Shown in pieces: positions 18,353 through 27,288 of a stretch of DNA of 36,676 nucleotides (within the stretch, counting starts at the first letter, position 1; every line of letters begins with the position of its first letter). Made by a program: the position numbers and the translations under genes. The DNA is taken from assembly GCA_900553205.1 (NCBI GenBank), contig USCK01000001.1:1-36676 (forward strand), read 5' to 3'. This DNA comes from an uncultured bacterium. GTDB lineage: Bacteria > Cyanobacteriota > Vampirovibrionia > Gastranaerophilales > Gastranaerophilaceae. Under the pieces are notes generated by a model. That model saw only the letters and a list, made by a program, of their open reading frames with translations. It was not told the origin of the DNA and did no database searches.

Positions 18353-19943
18353 TTTCGATTATCTGACACTCAAAGCGTTTGTAGAAGAAAATATTGATTT
18401 TTTAATAGATTCTAGACTACAAAAAATTCAACAACCGACAAGACGTGATTTTATATTTTCTTTTAGAAGCCGTCAAGGTGGTAAGAAGATGTATGTTAAT
18501 ATTAATCCGTCTTTTTTCCATTTATGCTTTGCAAACGAACAAACTATAACAAGACGGGATATAACATTTCCGAAACAACCACCTATGTTTTGTATGCTGT
18601 TGAGGAAGCATATAGAAGGCGCTAAGGTTTTAGATGTCAGAGTCCCTTATTATGAGAGAATCCTTGAGATAGATTTCAAATCCTCGAACGAATTTGATGA
18701 AAATATTAATCTAACTCTTGCAATAGAGATGATGGGCAAGTATTCAAATGTTATTTTGTACAATTCTGATACGAAGATAATTTTAGGTTGTGCGCATAAT
18801 GTTGGTTCAGAAAAGAGCAGAGAAAGAGAAGTTGCAGGGACTCTGCCTTATGTTTATCCACCTGAACAAAAGTACAAAAAAGATATTTTGCGATATAACG
18901 GAGAGATTAATTATGAAACCCTAAATCAAGATTTTTTAGGAATTTCAAAAAGTTTTCAAGAGCTTGTAAAAGACAAACCCCTTGAAAAAATAAAAGATTA
19001 TGTAGAAGGTCAAAACATTTCTCCAGCGATAGACGGTGATAAGTTTTCTTTGTATTCAGAACTTTTGTCTAATCCTGTGTTGCAAAACAGTGTTAATGAG
19101 ATGATTGATGAATATTTTTCTAGAGAGCAAGAGAGAGTGATATTTAAACAGCTTTCGCAAAAATTACAAACTATAATAGGTGGAAAATATAAAAAGGTTT
19201 GTAATTCTTTGAAGAAAATTAGTTATCAAATCGCAAAAAAAGATAAAGGGGAGGTTTATAAAAAATATGGTGATTTAATCCTCGCAAATCTTTATAACGC
19301 AAAAGATTTTTCTCAAATAATTACTGTTCAGGACTGGGAAGCAGATAAAGAGATGGTTATTCCTTTAGATGAAACAAAAACATTGAAGGAGAATGCATCA
19401 AAGTATTATAAATTATATGCAAAATCTAAAGATTCTAGAGAAAAATTAGCAGAATTGGAATACGGCTTGAGGGTTGAAAAAGAGTATATAGAACAAATAA
19501 AATATTCTATTGATAAAGCCGAATCAATATCTATATTAAAAGAGATAGATTCCGAAATATCATCTAACACTACTCCTAACAAAAAAGAACATGATAGTCC
19601 TGTAGAAGCTATAGAGATAAACGGGTTCAAAGTATATATCGGCAAAAATAATCGTCAAAATGATATGATAGTTTCAAAACTTTCAAGAGGTGAGGATTAT
19701 TGGTTCCATACCCAAAATTGCGCAGGCTCACATGTTTTGTTAAAAGTTCCTGATTCTAATGAACCTGATGACCAAACTATATATGAATGTTGTAAATTGG
19801 CAAAAAAATATTCAACAGCATCAGACTCAACCAAGATAGGGGTTATTTATACTAAACGCAAAAACCTTAAAAAACCACCAAAAGCTAATCTTGGATATGT
19901 TACTTACAAAAACGAAAAAGAAATCATTGTTGGTTTGGATTAA
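18345..19943 (+). CDS. rqcH: Ribosome quality-control factor RqcH (NFACT / FbpA family)
   Basis: NFACT-N-type N-terminus 'MINFDYLTLKAFVEEN', a central coiled coil, and a C-terminal NFACT-R motif 'GEDYWFHTQNCAGSHVLLK'. Confidence 0.85.
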   Translation: MINFDYLTLKAFVEENIDFLIDSRLQKIQQPTRRDFIFSFRSRQGGKKMYVNINPSFFHLCFANEQTITRRDITFPKQPPMFCMLLRKHIEGAKVLDVRVPYYERILEIDFKSSNEFDENINLTLAIEMMGKYSNVILYNSDTKIILGCAHNVGSEKSREREVAGTLPYVYPPEQKYKKDILRYNGEINYETLNQDFLGISKSFQELVKDKPLEKIKDYVEGQNISPAIDGDKFSLYSELLSNPVLQNSVNEMIDEYFSREQERVIFKQLSQKLQTIIGGKYKKVCNSLKKISYQIAKKDKGEVYKKYGDLILANLYNAKDFSQIITVQDWEADKEMVIPLDETKTLKENASKYYKLYAKSKDSREKLAELEYGLRVEKEYIEQIKYSIDKAESISILKEIDSEISSNTTPNKKEHDSPVEAIEINGFKVYIGKNNRQNDMIVSKLSRGEDYWFHTQNCAGSHVLLKVPDSNEPDDQTIYECCKLAKKYSTASDSTKIGVIYTKRKNLKKPPKANLGYVTYKNEKEIIVGLD

Positions 19944-19961
19944 GATAGATAAGCATAGTAA

Positions 19962-19976
19962 ACGGTTCTGAATGAC
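19962..19976. repeat. Half-copy of the GTCATTCAGA element
   Basis: aacggttctgaatgac matches aacggctctgaatgac at 6185-6200. Confidence 0.5.
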
Positions 19977-20086
19977 GAAAGTCTTGACAAACACTGGTTT
20001 ACGAATTCTAACTTCACTCCCCCAGCCCCTCTAAAGAATAAAGGGAGTCTGTAAGTTGGCTATGTCTGAAGAAACTGTCTGTAAAA

Positions 20087-20203
20087 TTTTACTGCTCGGG
20101 AAAATTTTAATGAAAATAGGTCAAATTGTCCCTAAATTTTACCGTTCGGTAAAAATGTTGCAATTTCGAGGTAAAATTAGTATAATTTTACCGAGAGGTA
20201 AAA
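20087..20203. promoter_or_regulatory. hipBA promoter with three palindromic operators
   Basis: TTTTACt-gctc-GGgAAAA (20087-20104), TTTTACC-gttc-GGTAAAA (20137-20154) and TTTTACC-gaga-GGTAAAA (20186-20203). TTGCAA (20158-20163), a 17-nt spacer and TATAAT (20181-20186) lie between sites 2 and 3. An extra GGTAAAA half-site sits at 20170-20176. Confidence 0.6.
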
Positions 20204-20206
20204 TTT

Positions 20207-20416
20207 ATGCAAATAGATAATATCGAAGAATTAGGTAATTATATAAAGCAAACAAGAAAATCTCAAGGTCTAACACAGGCAGAGTTAGCAATGACAGCAA
20301 ATGTCGGTGTCAGATTTTTGGTTGATTTAGAGAATGGCAAAGAAACTGCACAAGTCGGGAAAGTTTTGAAAATTTGTCAAATGTTGGGATTAAAATTAGA
20401 TTTGCAAGCAAAATAG
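20207..20416 (+). CDS. hipB: HipB-like Xre-family antitoxin
   Basis: 69 aa with HTH 'GLTQAELAMTANVGVRFLVDLENGK'. It lies 9 nt upstream of hipA. Confidence 0.8.
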   Translation: MQIDNIEELGNYIKQTRKSQGLTQAELAMTANVGVRFLVDLENGKETAQVGKVLKICQMLGLKLDLQAK

Positions 20417-20425
20417 GAAATATAA

Positions 20426-21646
20426 ATGCAAGATTTATTAAATGTTTACTTGAATAATGATTTGATTGGTTATTTAAACAAAGATGATAATGGTGGCTTT
20501 TCTTTTCAATACGATAAAGATGCAGAACAACCGTTATCAATTAGTTTGCCTTTAAGAGAAGATTCGTTTACCAATAAAGAATGCAGAGGGTTTTTTAACG
20601 GTTTATTGCCTGAAAGTGAACAAGTTAGAGTTAATATCGGAAAAAGATACGGTATTAACCCAAAAAATGATTTTTCGATACTTAATGCAATAGGTTATGA
20701 CTGTGCAGGGGCAGTGTCATTTTTTAAAGATATGCCGAAAAATTTAAAAGAATTTTATAAACTTGAAGGGCAAATATTAACAGATGATGAACTTGAAAAG
20801 TATATCAAGGAATTGCCAAGAAAGCCTTTAGCTTTAGGTTCTGACAAAAGATTATCTCTCGCAGGTGCACAGGATAAAACAGCAGTTATTTTAATTGATA
20901 ATAAAATTGCATTACCTGATAGTAATGTTCCTTCAACTCATATATTAAAACCTGCTATAGACGGTTTTTTAGAATCAATCGAAAATGAATACATTTGTAT
21001 GAAGGTTGCAGAAAAACTTGGTATTCAAGTTCCTGTCGTGCATATTGATAGTGTAAATGATACAAAATACTTTTTGATAGAAAGATATGATAGAGTAATT
21101 GCAGATGAAACAGTAAAAAGAGTTCATCAAGAAGACTTCTGCCAAGCCTCAAATATCCCGAGTGCTTATAAGTATCAAGCAGAAGGTGGAGTTGATTATA
21201 AGATGTGTATTGATATCCTCAAAAAGACTACAACTCCTGCAAGTGCAATTAAACGATTTATTGATTTGATGATATTTAATTATCTTATTGGTAATAATGA
21301 CGCACATGGCAAAAACTTTTCGTTATTGCATTATGCTAACGATAATATTGTTTTTGCACCTGCTTATGATATTTTATGCACCAGTGTATATCCTGAATTG
21401 TCAAACAAAATGGCAATGAAAATCGGTGGATATTATGAAGCCTCAAAGATTTATCCAAGACATTTTGAAAGAATGTCAAAAGAATTGGAAATAAGTAATA
21501 CACAAATTAAAAAAGTACTCAAAAAACAATGTGAAATTTTACCGGATATTGTAAAAGAAGTTTCAAATAGTTTTGATAATAATATAGAAATTTTAAAAGT
21601 TGTAACACAAAATTGTCAAAGAAATAAGAAAAATTTTGAGTTTTAA
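20426..21646 (+). CDS. hipA: HipA-family serine/threonine kinase toxin
   Basis: N-terminal coupling domain 'LNVYLNNDLIGYL...FSFQYD', P-loop-like 'LSLAGAQDKTAV' and catalytic 'GNNDAHGKNFSLL'. Confidence 0.9.
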   Translation: MQDLLNVYLNNDLIGYLNKDDNGGFSFQYDKDAEQPLSISLPLREDSFTNKECRGFFNGLLPESEQVRVNIGKRYGINPKNDFSILNAIGYDCAGAVSFFKDMPKNLKEFYKLEGQILTDDELEKYIKELPRKPLALGSDKRLSLAGAQDKTAVILIDNKIALPDSNVPSTHILKPAIDGFLESIENEYICMKVAEKLGIQVPVVHIDSVNDTKYFLIERYDRVIADETVKRVHQEDFCQASNIPSAYKYQAEGGVDYKMCIDILKKTTTPASAIKRFIDLMIFNYLIGNNDAHGKNFSLLHYANDNIVFAPAYDILCTSVYPELSNKMAMKIGGYYEASKIYPRHFERMSKELEISNTQIKKVLKKQCEILPDIVKEVSNSFDNNIEILKVVTQNCQRNKKNFEF

Positions 21647-21655
21647 ACAAAAATA

Positions 21656-21687
21656 AATCAGCCGAGATGGATTCATCTCGGCTGATT
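21656..21687. terminator. Bidirectional terminator between hipA and fusA
   Basis: aatcagccgagatg-gatt-catctcggctgatt, a perfect 14-bp stem. Confidence 0.7.
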
Positions 21688-21711
21688 CTATATTTAATAA
21701 CTAAAATGTTA

Positions 21712-23799
21712 TTATGCTTTAGCAGCTCCTGATTTTTCGATAATTTCTTTTTCGATGTTAGCAGGAACTTGTTCGTAGCATTGGAATTCCATAGAGAATG
21801 TACCACGACCTTGAGTTTTTGAACGGATATCAGTTGCATAACCGAACATTTCAGCCAATGGAACAAGAGCTCTGATTTTTTGAATTCCGGTACCTTCGAT
21901 GATTTCCATACCTTCAACACGTCCACGACGAGAAGAAATATCACCGATAATATCACCTGTATTTTCTTCAGGAACTTCGATTTCAACTTTCATCATAGGT
22001 TCAAGAATACAAGGTTTAGCTTTTCTAGTACCTTCTTTGATAGCCATAGAACCGGCAATTTTGAATGCCATTTCAGAAGAGTCAACTTCGTGGTATGAAC
22101 CATCGTATAATGTTACCTTAACATCAATCATTGGGAATCCTGCTAAGATACCACCTTCAAGAGCTTCTTCCATACCTTTTCTTGCAGGTTCGATGTATTC
22201 TTTAGGAATAGCACCACCAACGATTTTGTTTTCAAATACGAATCCTGCATTTTCTTCTGCCGGTTCGATTTGAATTTTAACATGACCATATTGACCTTTA
22301 CCACCTGATTGTCTGATGAATTTAGAATCTTGGTCTGCGTTGCCTCTGATTGTTTCACGATAAGCAACTTGTGGTTTACCAACATTAGCATCTACTTTGA
22401 ATTCTCTTAATAGACGGTCAACGATGATATCAAGGTGAAGTTCACCCATACCGGAAATAATTGTTTGACCTGTTTCTGTATCAGATTTAACTCTGAATGA
22501 TGGATCTTCTTCAGCAAGTTTTTGAAGAGCGATACCCATTTTATCTTGGTCAGCTTTTGTTTTTGGTTCAATAGCAACAGAGATAACCGGTTCAGGGAAA
22601 GTCATTCTTTCTAAGATGATAGGTGCTTTTTCGTCGCATAATGTATCACCTGTAGTAGTGTCTTTCAAACCAACTGCTGCGCAAATATCACCTGCATAAA
22701 CTTCTTCTTCTTCGATTCTTTGGTCTGCGTACATTTGTACTAGACGAGAGATACGTTCTTTTTTACCGTTAGTAGCGTTAAGAACATAAGAACCTGATGT
22801 AAGTTTACCAGAGTATATTCTCATAAATGTTAAACGACCAACATAAGGGTCAGTCATAACTTTGAATGCTAAAGCTGCGAATGGTTCTTCGTCAGAAGAA
22901 TGTCTTTCAACTTTTGTACCGTCTTCAAGTTCACCTTCGATAGCTTTTACATCAACTGGAGATGGCATTAATTCAACAATAGAGTCAAGAAGTAATTGAA
23001 CACCTTTGTTTTTGAATGCTGTACCACAAGTTACAGGAACGATTTTGTTATCGCAAACTGCTTTTCTTAAACCAGCTTTTAATTCATCAATAGAAAGTTC
23101 TTCACCTTCTAAATATTTCATCATTAAATCGTCATCTGTTTCAGCGATAGCTTCAACTAATGCATCTCTGTATTTTTGAGCTTCTTCTAACATATCAGCA
23201 GGAATATCTTCTTCCTTGATATCTGTACCTAAGTCATTAGTGTAAATTTCAGCTTTCATAGTGAATAAGTCGATAAGCCCTTTGAATTGGTCTTCAGCAC
23301 CGATTGGTAATCTGATAGGGTGAGCATTAGCACCTAATCTGTTTTTGATTTGGTCAACTACACGATAGAAGTTAGCACCTGTTCTATCCATTTTGTTAAC
23401 GAATACCATACGAGGAACTTCATATCTGTTAGCTTGTCTCCAAACTGTTTCTGATTGAGATTGAACACCACCAACTGCGCAGAATACAGCAACAACGCCG
23501 TCTAATACACGCAATGAACGTTCAACTTCGATTGTAAAGTCAACGTGGCCCGGTGTGTCAATGATGTTGATTTGGTGACCTTTCCAAGTAGATGTTACTG
23601 CTGCTGATTGGATTGTGATACCACGTTCACGTTCTTGATCCATAAAGTCAGTTACAGCAGCACCATCGTGTACTTCACCAATTTTGTGAGTTTTACCTGT
23701 GTAGAACAGGATACGCTCTGTAGTAGTGGTTTTGCCGGCATCAATGTGAGCAGCAATACCAATGTTTCTAATTTTTTCCAATGGTGTCTTTCTTGCCAT
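21712..23799 (-). CDS. fusA: Elongation factor G
   Basis: 'AHIDAGKTT', 'DTPGHVDF' and 'NKMD' in a full-length 695-aa EF-G. It is not flanked by rpsG or tuf here. Confidence 0.97.
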   Translation of the reverse strand: MARKTPLEKIRNIGIAAHIDAGKTTTTERILFYTGKTHKIGEVHDGAAVTDFMDQERERGITIQSAAVTSTWKGHQINIIDTPGHVDFTIEVERSLRVLDGVVAVFCAVGGVQSQSETVWRQANRYEVPRMVFVNKMDRTGANFYRVVDQIKNRLGANAHPIRLPIGAEDQFKGLIDLFTMKAEIYTNDLGTDIKEEDIPADMLEEAQKYRDALVEAIAETDDDLMMKYLEGEELSIDELKAGLRKAVCDNKIVPVTCGTAFKNKGVQLLLDSIVELMPSPVDVKAIEGELEDGTKVERHSSDEEPFAALAFKVMTDPYVGRLTFMRIYSGKLTSGSYVLNATNGKKERISRLVQMYADQRIEEEEVYAGDICAAVGLKDTTTGDTLCDEKAPIILERMTFPEPVISVAIEPKTKADQDKMGIALQKLAEEDPSFRVKSDTETGQTIISGMGELHLDIIVDRLLREFKVDANVGKPQVAYRETIRGNADQDSKFIRQSGGKGQYGHVKIQIEPAEENAGFVFENKIVGGAIPKEYIEPARKGMEEALEGGILAGFPMIDVKVTLYDGSYHEVDSSEMAFKIAGSMAIKEGTRKAKPCILEPMMKVEIEVPEENTGDIIGDISSRRGRVEGMEIIEGTGIQKIRALVPLAEMFGYATDIRSKTQGRGTFSMEFQCYEQVPANIEKEIIEKSGAAKA

Positions 23800-23952
23800 A
23801 GTTGTTTTTCCTTTTTATATTTACTAATTACGTATAACTATATACTAGTTCTTATTATAAAGTTTCGCACAAACATGTTTCTTATACAAGGAATATTAAG
23901 AATTTATGAATTTGGGGTTAGTGGTGATGAAAAATGTGTAAGTTTATGTTGA

Positions 23953-23980
23953 TTGTGTAAACTTGCAAAATGTAAAAAAT
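23953..23980 (+). promoter_or_regulatory. Sigma-70-type promoter for a candidate small RNA
   Basis: TTGCAA (23953-23958), a 16-nt spacer and TATAAT (23975-23980), in a region with no protein-coding ORF downstream on this strand. Confidence 0.45.
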
Positions 23981-23987
23981 GTTTTAT

Positions 23988-24080
23988 AATAAAAACATAG
24001 GGTGGTAGTTGTCCAAGCTACCAAATGACTCTAAGAAAAGCTAAATGGTTCTTATCTGTTTGGGTAAGAGCCATTTTTTG
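23988..24080 (+). ncRNA. Candidate antisense small RNA (putative type I antitoxin)
   Basis: It starts about 7 nt after the TATAAT. A 5' hairpin tggtag-ttgtccaag-ctacca is present. The RNA ends in a 13-bp stem (24044-24056 / 24063-24075) plus a T-run (24076-24079). The last ~29 nt are antisense to the 3' end of the small ORF at 24052-24132. Confidence 0.35.
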
Positions 24081-24132
24081 TTATGTAAAGAATTAAAAAT
24101 ACCATTATTAAAGTAAGATTTATATTTTCCAT
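24052..24132 (-). CDS. 26-aa hydrophobic peptide (putative type I toxin)
   Basis: Below the ORF-track length cutoff. The minus strand reads AGGAGG-ctgtt-ATG and encodes MENINLTLIMVFLILYITKNGSYPNR, a single TM-like core with a polar/basic tail. Confidence 0.35.
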   Translation of the reverse strand: MENINLTLIMVFLILYITKNGSYPNR

Positions 24133-24308
24133 AACAGCCTCCTTTCATAGAAATGAACAACCGAAAAGCTATATAAATTGTGTCGTCATTCTTCTGAAAA
24201 GAGTCATTTTTACCCTATGTTGCACTGTCAAGGTGCTTTATAAATATAGCATAGTTAGTATTAAATGCGAATATATTTAAATATATTTAACAATTTGTGA
24301 ATATTTTT

Positions 24309-24350
24309 TATTAAGTTACTAAGAATTAAGTGATTAAGTTATTAAGATAT
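24309..24350. repeat. 8-nt-periodic array (inverted partner of 24506-24557)
   Basis: ttattaag ttactaag aattaagt gattaagt tattaaga. It is the reverse complement of the CTTAATCA/CTTAGTAA-type units. Confidence 0.55.
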
Positions 24351-24419
24351 CAAACTGATAGATTCTGAATAACTTGAAAATTATATATTCACTAGTGTTC
24401 ATATAAATTTTTTAAGTTT

Positions 24420-24478
24420 TCAGAATGACGAGTAAATTTACACACAAAAATTATTCGGGACAGTAGTGAAGGCGCAGT
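24420..24478. repeat. Core fragment of the dispersed element
   Basis: It contains tcagaatgac (24420-24429) and aggcgcagt (24470-24478). Both are also present in the copy at 6030-6200. Confidence 0.5.
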
Positions 24479-24505
24479 TGATAAATCTCTTACGATAGTT
24501 ACTTT

Positions 24506-24557
24506 CTTATTAACCTATTAACTTAGTAACTTAATCACTTAGTCACATATTCACTTC
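24506..24557. repeat. 8-nt-periodic array
   Basis: cttattaa cctattaa cttagtaa cttaatca cttagtca catattca cttc. Confidence 0.6.
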
Positions 24558-24784
24558 TATATATAAAATTCTTTCTCATCTATTTAGATGAGATTTTTCG
24601 ATGTTTGCTATTGTTTTTGAAATTCTTGCCGTATGACGACATGAGAAGTCATGTAAATATTGACTTTCGGATAGTTGACTTTTTTGAAAACAACATTAAA
24701 GACAACATGTAACGAAAAGAATATGAGGTAATATGACAAAAAATCAGTACATACAACAGAACAACCAAATAGGAGGGCATGCTT

Positions 24785-27073
24785 ATGGGTATGGCAGCAT
24801 CACAGGCTAGGTATCTAGCACTGACCGCTCGTAAAAGTAATGTTGAGTACGAAGGCCAACAAATTAACCAATCCAGAACGGCATTGGCAAACCAGACGGC
24901 TAACCTATTCAACCAAATGATGGGAATGAGCGTCCCAACACCGCCTTCTGTTGCAGATTACACCACTGTACAATATTCATTCAGTGATGGTTCTAACACA
25001 GAAGCAATTTCAAACTACTATCAATTGGGTAATTCAGACTCTGATTACAACTATGTTGTAACAACTTACCACAACGAAAAAGTTTATCAGGGTTCTCGTA
25101 AGAAAATGAACGACCCACAGGTTCAAGCGACCTACACAAATCGCTACACTTACAATCCGTCTGATGCAGATAACAATATCAGTCGTACTGTAACAAAAGC
25201 TGAACTTAATGCTGATGGTTCTTACTTTATTCAAGAAACTAACGGTACAACTAAAACTTACCGTCCGGTTACTGAAAAAGAAGAAGATCAAGTAAAAGCT
25301 ATTAACCACGGTTTGGGTCAAAACGAAAAGAATCCTACTGTAAATCTTGCTAGTGATGATTTACGTAAGAACTTTAACATCGTTACAAACCCTACATCTG
25401 ATCAGTTGAAAGAATTAGGTGAGCTATTTGGTTATAGATCATCTAACTTCAACAAATCTACTGCAACTCAAAATGTTACTAATGCTAATATTGGTACTTA
25501 TACAGCTTGTACAGAGGCAGATGCAGACCAAATCAGAACAATTTTTGGTTCTGATGCAACACCTACATCAGTAAAAAGTGAGACAAAAAATTGGAATAAA
25601 ACTGATGCAACTGGTTATAACGCTTGTACAGATACAGATCTTGCAGCTATTCAACAGTTATACGGTGCAGATGTTACTGATGCTACAGCTTATATGAAAA
25701 AAGCTGATGGCACATATATGACAAAAGAAGCGTATGATGGTTTAGATACAACAACTAAGTCTGATGTCGAAGTAAGATCTCTTGTTCAAAATTACTACAA
25801 GAGCGGTGATTACTACATTTCAGCAGCTGATAAAGCTACTGTTGAAGGTGGTGGTACTGCTACTGCACAAACAGTAACTCGCAAAACAATGGACATTGAT
25901 GCAGGTAACCAAAGTTCATTTATTGACATTGATACAAACGATGCTGATATGGTTGCAAGAGCAATGGCAGCAATCGGTTGTACTCAAGAAGAACTTGGCA
26001 ACTATATGTTGTTCAACACAACAGACGTAAACTTCCAAGGTTTTGTAAAACGAGAAGATGTTGAAAACATGAACAAGGATAGTCAATTCTATACAGTTGA
26101 CAACTTCTCTAATCAATACTATTGGAATGGTACAGGTTATGTAACAGCTTCTGACATGGATAACAAAGTTGAAGGTGCGACATTATATGTTCCTGAAAAC
26201 AAGAAAACAGGTATTGGTATTGTTCAAGGCGGCGACCAAACTTTCTACACAGATGGTAATTCATTTGTTACAAAAGCTGATTTAGACGCTGCGTTAGCTT
26301 CTTACAATCGTTACTTAGCAACAGGTAAAAAAGAAGCTAATACAATTAATGAGATACTTGTATCTAATGATCCTGCGTTCTCTAACTATACTCAGGTTGG
26401 TAACTGCCAATTGTCAGAAATATTTGCAGCTGATTTAGAACGTGATGAAGCAATGAATACCGAAATCATGCAGATTATCAAGGATATGAAGGGTGAAAAC
26501 GGTGATAAAGTTGCAGCAGAAAACTTAGAAGCTTGTTTTGATGTTGATGCAAACGGTGACTATGTATATAAAGGTGGTATCTACAAGTTCCAAATGGGTG
26601 GTACAACATACTACACTACTAAAAAAGACTTGGATACTTCATTAGGTACATCAATCGTTGATAACAACATCGATGTTCAACAAGAAAAACTTAGATACTA
26701 CAACGGTGTATATGTAGATACAAAAGTTGAAGATACTAAGAAAGCATTGTTGGAAACAGATGGCAACGGTAGATTCAAATCTATCAAGTTGGAAGATGAT
26801 AATGTTCAATACACATTGAATGTTGAGTCAAAAACCGACGAAGATGCATACAATGATGCAATGAACAGATACTACTATGAAAAAGAAGTATATGAAAAGA
26901 ATGTATCTGATATCAATGCAAAAACTGAAATTATTCAGGCACAAGACAGAACCCTTGAACTGCGTTTGGAACAGTTGAATACCGAACAATCTGCTCTACA
27001 AAACGAAATGGAAGCAGTTAAGAAGGTAGTTGACAAACACGTAGAACTTGGATTCAAGACATTCGGTGGCTAA
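24785..27073 (+). CDS. Large hypothetical protein with conserved helical termini and a repeat-rich T/N/D/Y-rich central domain
   Basis: AGGAGG (24771-24776) lies 8 nt before the ATG at 24785; the tracked ATG at 24779 is too close. The N-terminus is 'MGMAASQARYLALTARKSNVEYEGQQINQ' and the C-terminal coiled coil ends 'VELGFKTFGG'. No signal peptide and no flagellin motifs are present. Confidence 0.85.
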   Translation: MGMAASQARYLALTARKSNVEYEGQQINQSRTALANQTANLFNQMMGMSVPTPPSVADYTTVQYSFSDGSNTEAISNYYQLGNSDSDYNYVVTTYHNEKVYQGSRKKMNDPQVQATYTNRYTYNPSDADNNISRTVTKAELNADGSYFIQETNGTTKTYRPVTEKEEDQVKAINHGLGQNEKNPTVNLASDDLRKNFNIVTNPTSDQLKELGELFGYRSSNFNKSTATQNVTNANIGTYTACTEADADQIRTIFGSDATPTSVKSETKNWNKTDATGYNACTDTDLAAIQQLYGADVTDATAYMKKADGTYMTKEAYDGLDTTTKSDVEVRSLVQNYYKSGDYYISAADKATVEGGGTATAQTVTRKTMDIDAGNQSSFIDIDTNDADMVARAMAAIGCTQEELGNYMLFNTTDVNFQGFVKREDVENMNKDSQFYTVDNFSNQYYWNGTGYVTASDMDNKVEGATLYVPENKKTGIGIVQGGDQTFYTDGNSFVTKADLDAALASYNRYLATGKKEANTINEILVSNDPAFSNYTQVGNCQLSEIFAADLERDEAMNTEIMQIIKDMKGENGDKVAAENLEACFDVDANGDYVYKGGIYKFQMGGTTYYTTKKDLDTSLGTSIVDNNIDVQQEKLRYYNGVYVDTKVEDTKKALLETDGNGRFKSIKLEDDNVQYTLNVESKTDEDAYNDAMNRYYYEKEVYEKNVSDINAKTEIIQAQDRTLELRLEQLNTEQSALQNEMEAVKKVVDKHVELGFKTFGG

Positions 27074-27115
27074 TAGTTAGAAGGTTAGAGGTTAAGGTAG
27101 ATAGAAGGTTAGTAA
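27074..27115. repeat. 8-nt-periodic array immediately after the stop codon
   Basis: tagttaga aggttaga ggttaagg tagataga aggttagt aa. Confidence 0.45.
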
Positions 27116-27288
27116 AAATAAATATATTTATATACTTACCTTCTCCTCCTTACTCTCAAGAAATACCCAAAAATGCGGCTTCAATGTCGGTCACGAATTC
27201 AAAAGCTGCTTAGTCAGACCGGTTCAAAATCCAAAGAACAAGGCAGAGCAGTAGTTGACTAAATTAATAAAAAAGCTTGAGGAAAACA

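Noticed and set aside
21519-21986. 155-aa minus-strand ORF spanning the hipA/fusA junction
   Set aside because: It overlaps the 3' ends of both hipA and fusA and runs through the bidirectional terminator. It is out of frame with fusA.
24025-24096. 23-aa plus-strand ORF (MTLRKAKWFLSVWVRAIFCYVKN) inside the candidate small RNA
   Set aside because: No Shine-Dalgarno precedes the ATG, and the ORF runs through the terminator hairpin. The minus-strand peptide with AGGAGG is the better coding candidate.
24609-24635. Sigma-28-like -10 'GCCGTATG' upstream of the 762-aa gene
   Set aside because: No TAAA lies at the required 15-nt spacing (that position reads TATT). The -10 also has two mismatches at conserved positions.
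27209-27232. tRNA T-loop-like 'GGTTCAAAATCC'
   Set aside because: The flanking bases do not form a T-stem, acceptor stem or anticodon arm. I see no tRNA or rRNA genes anywhere in the window.
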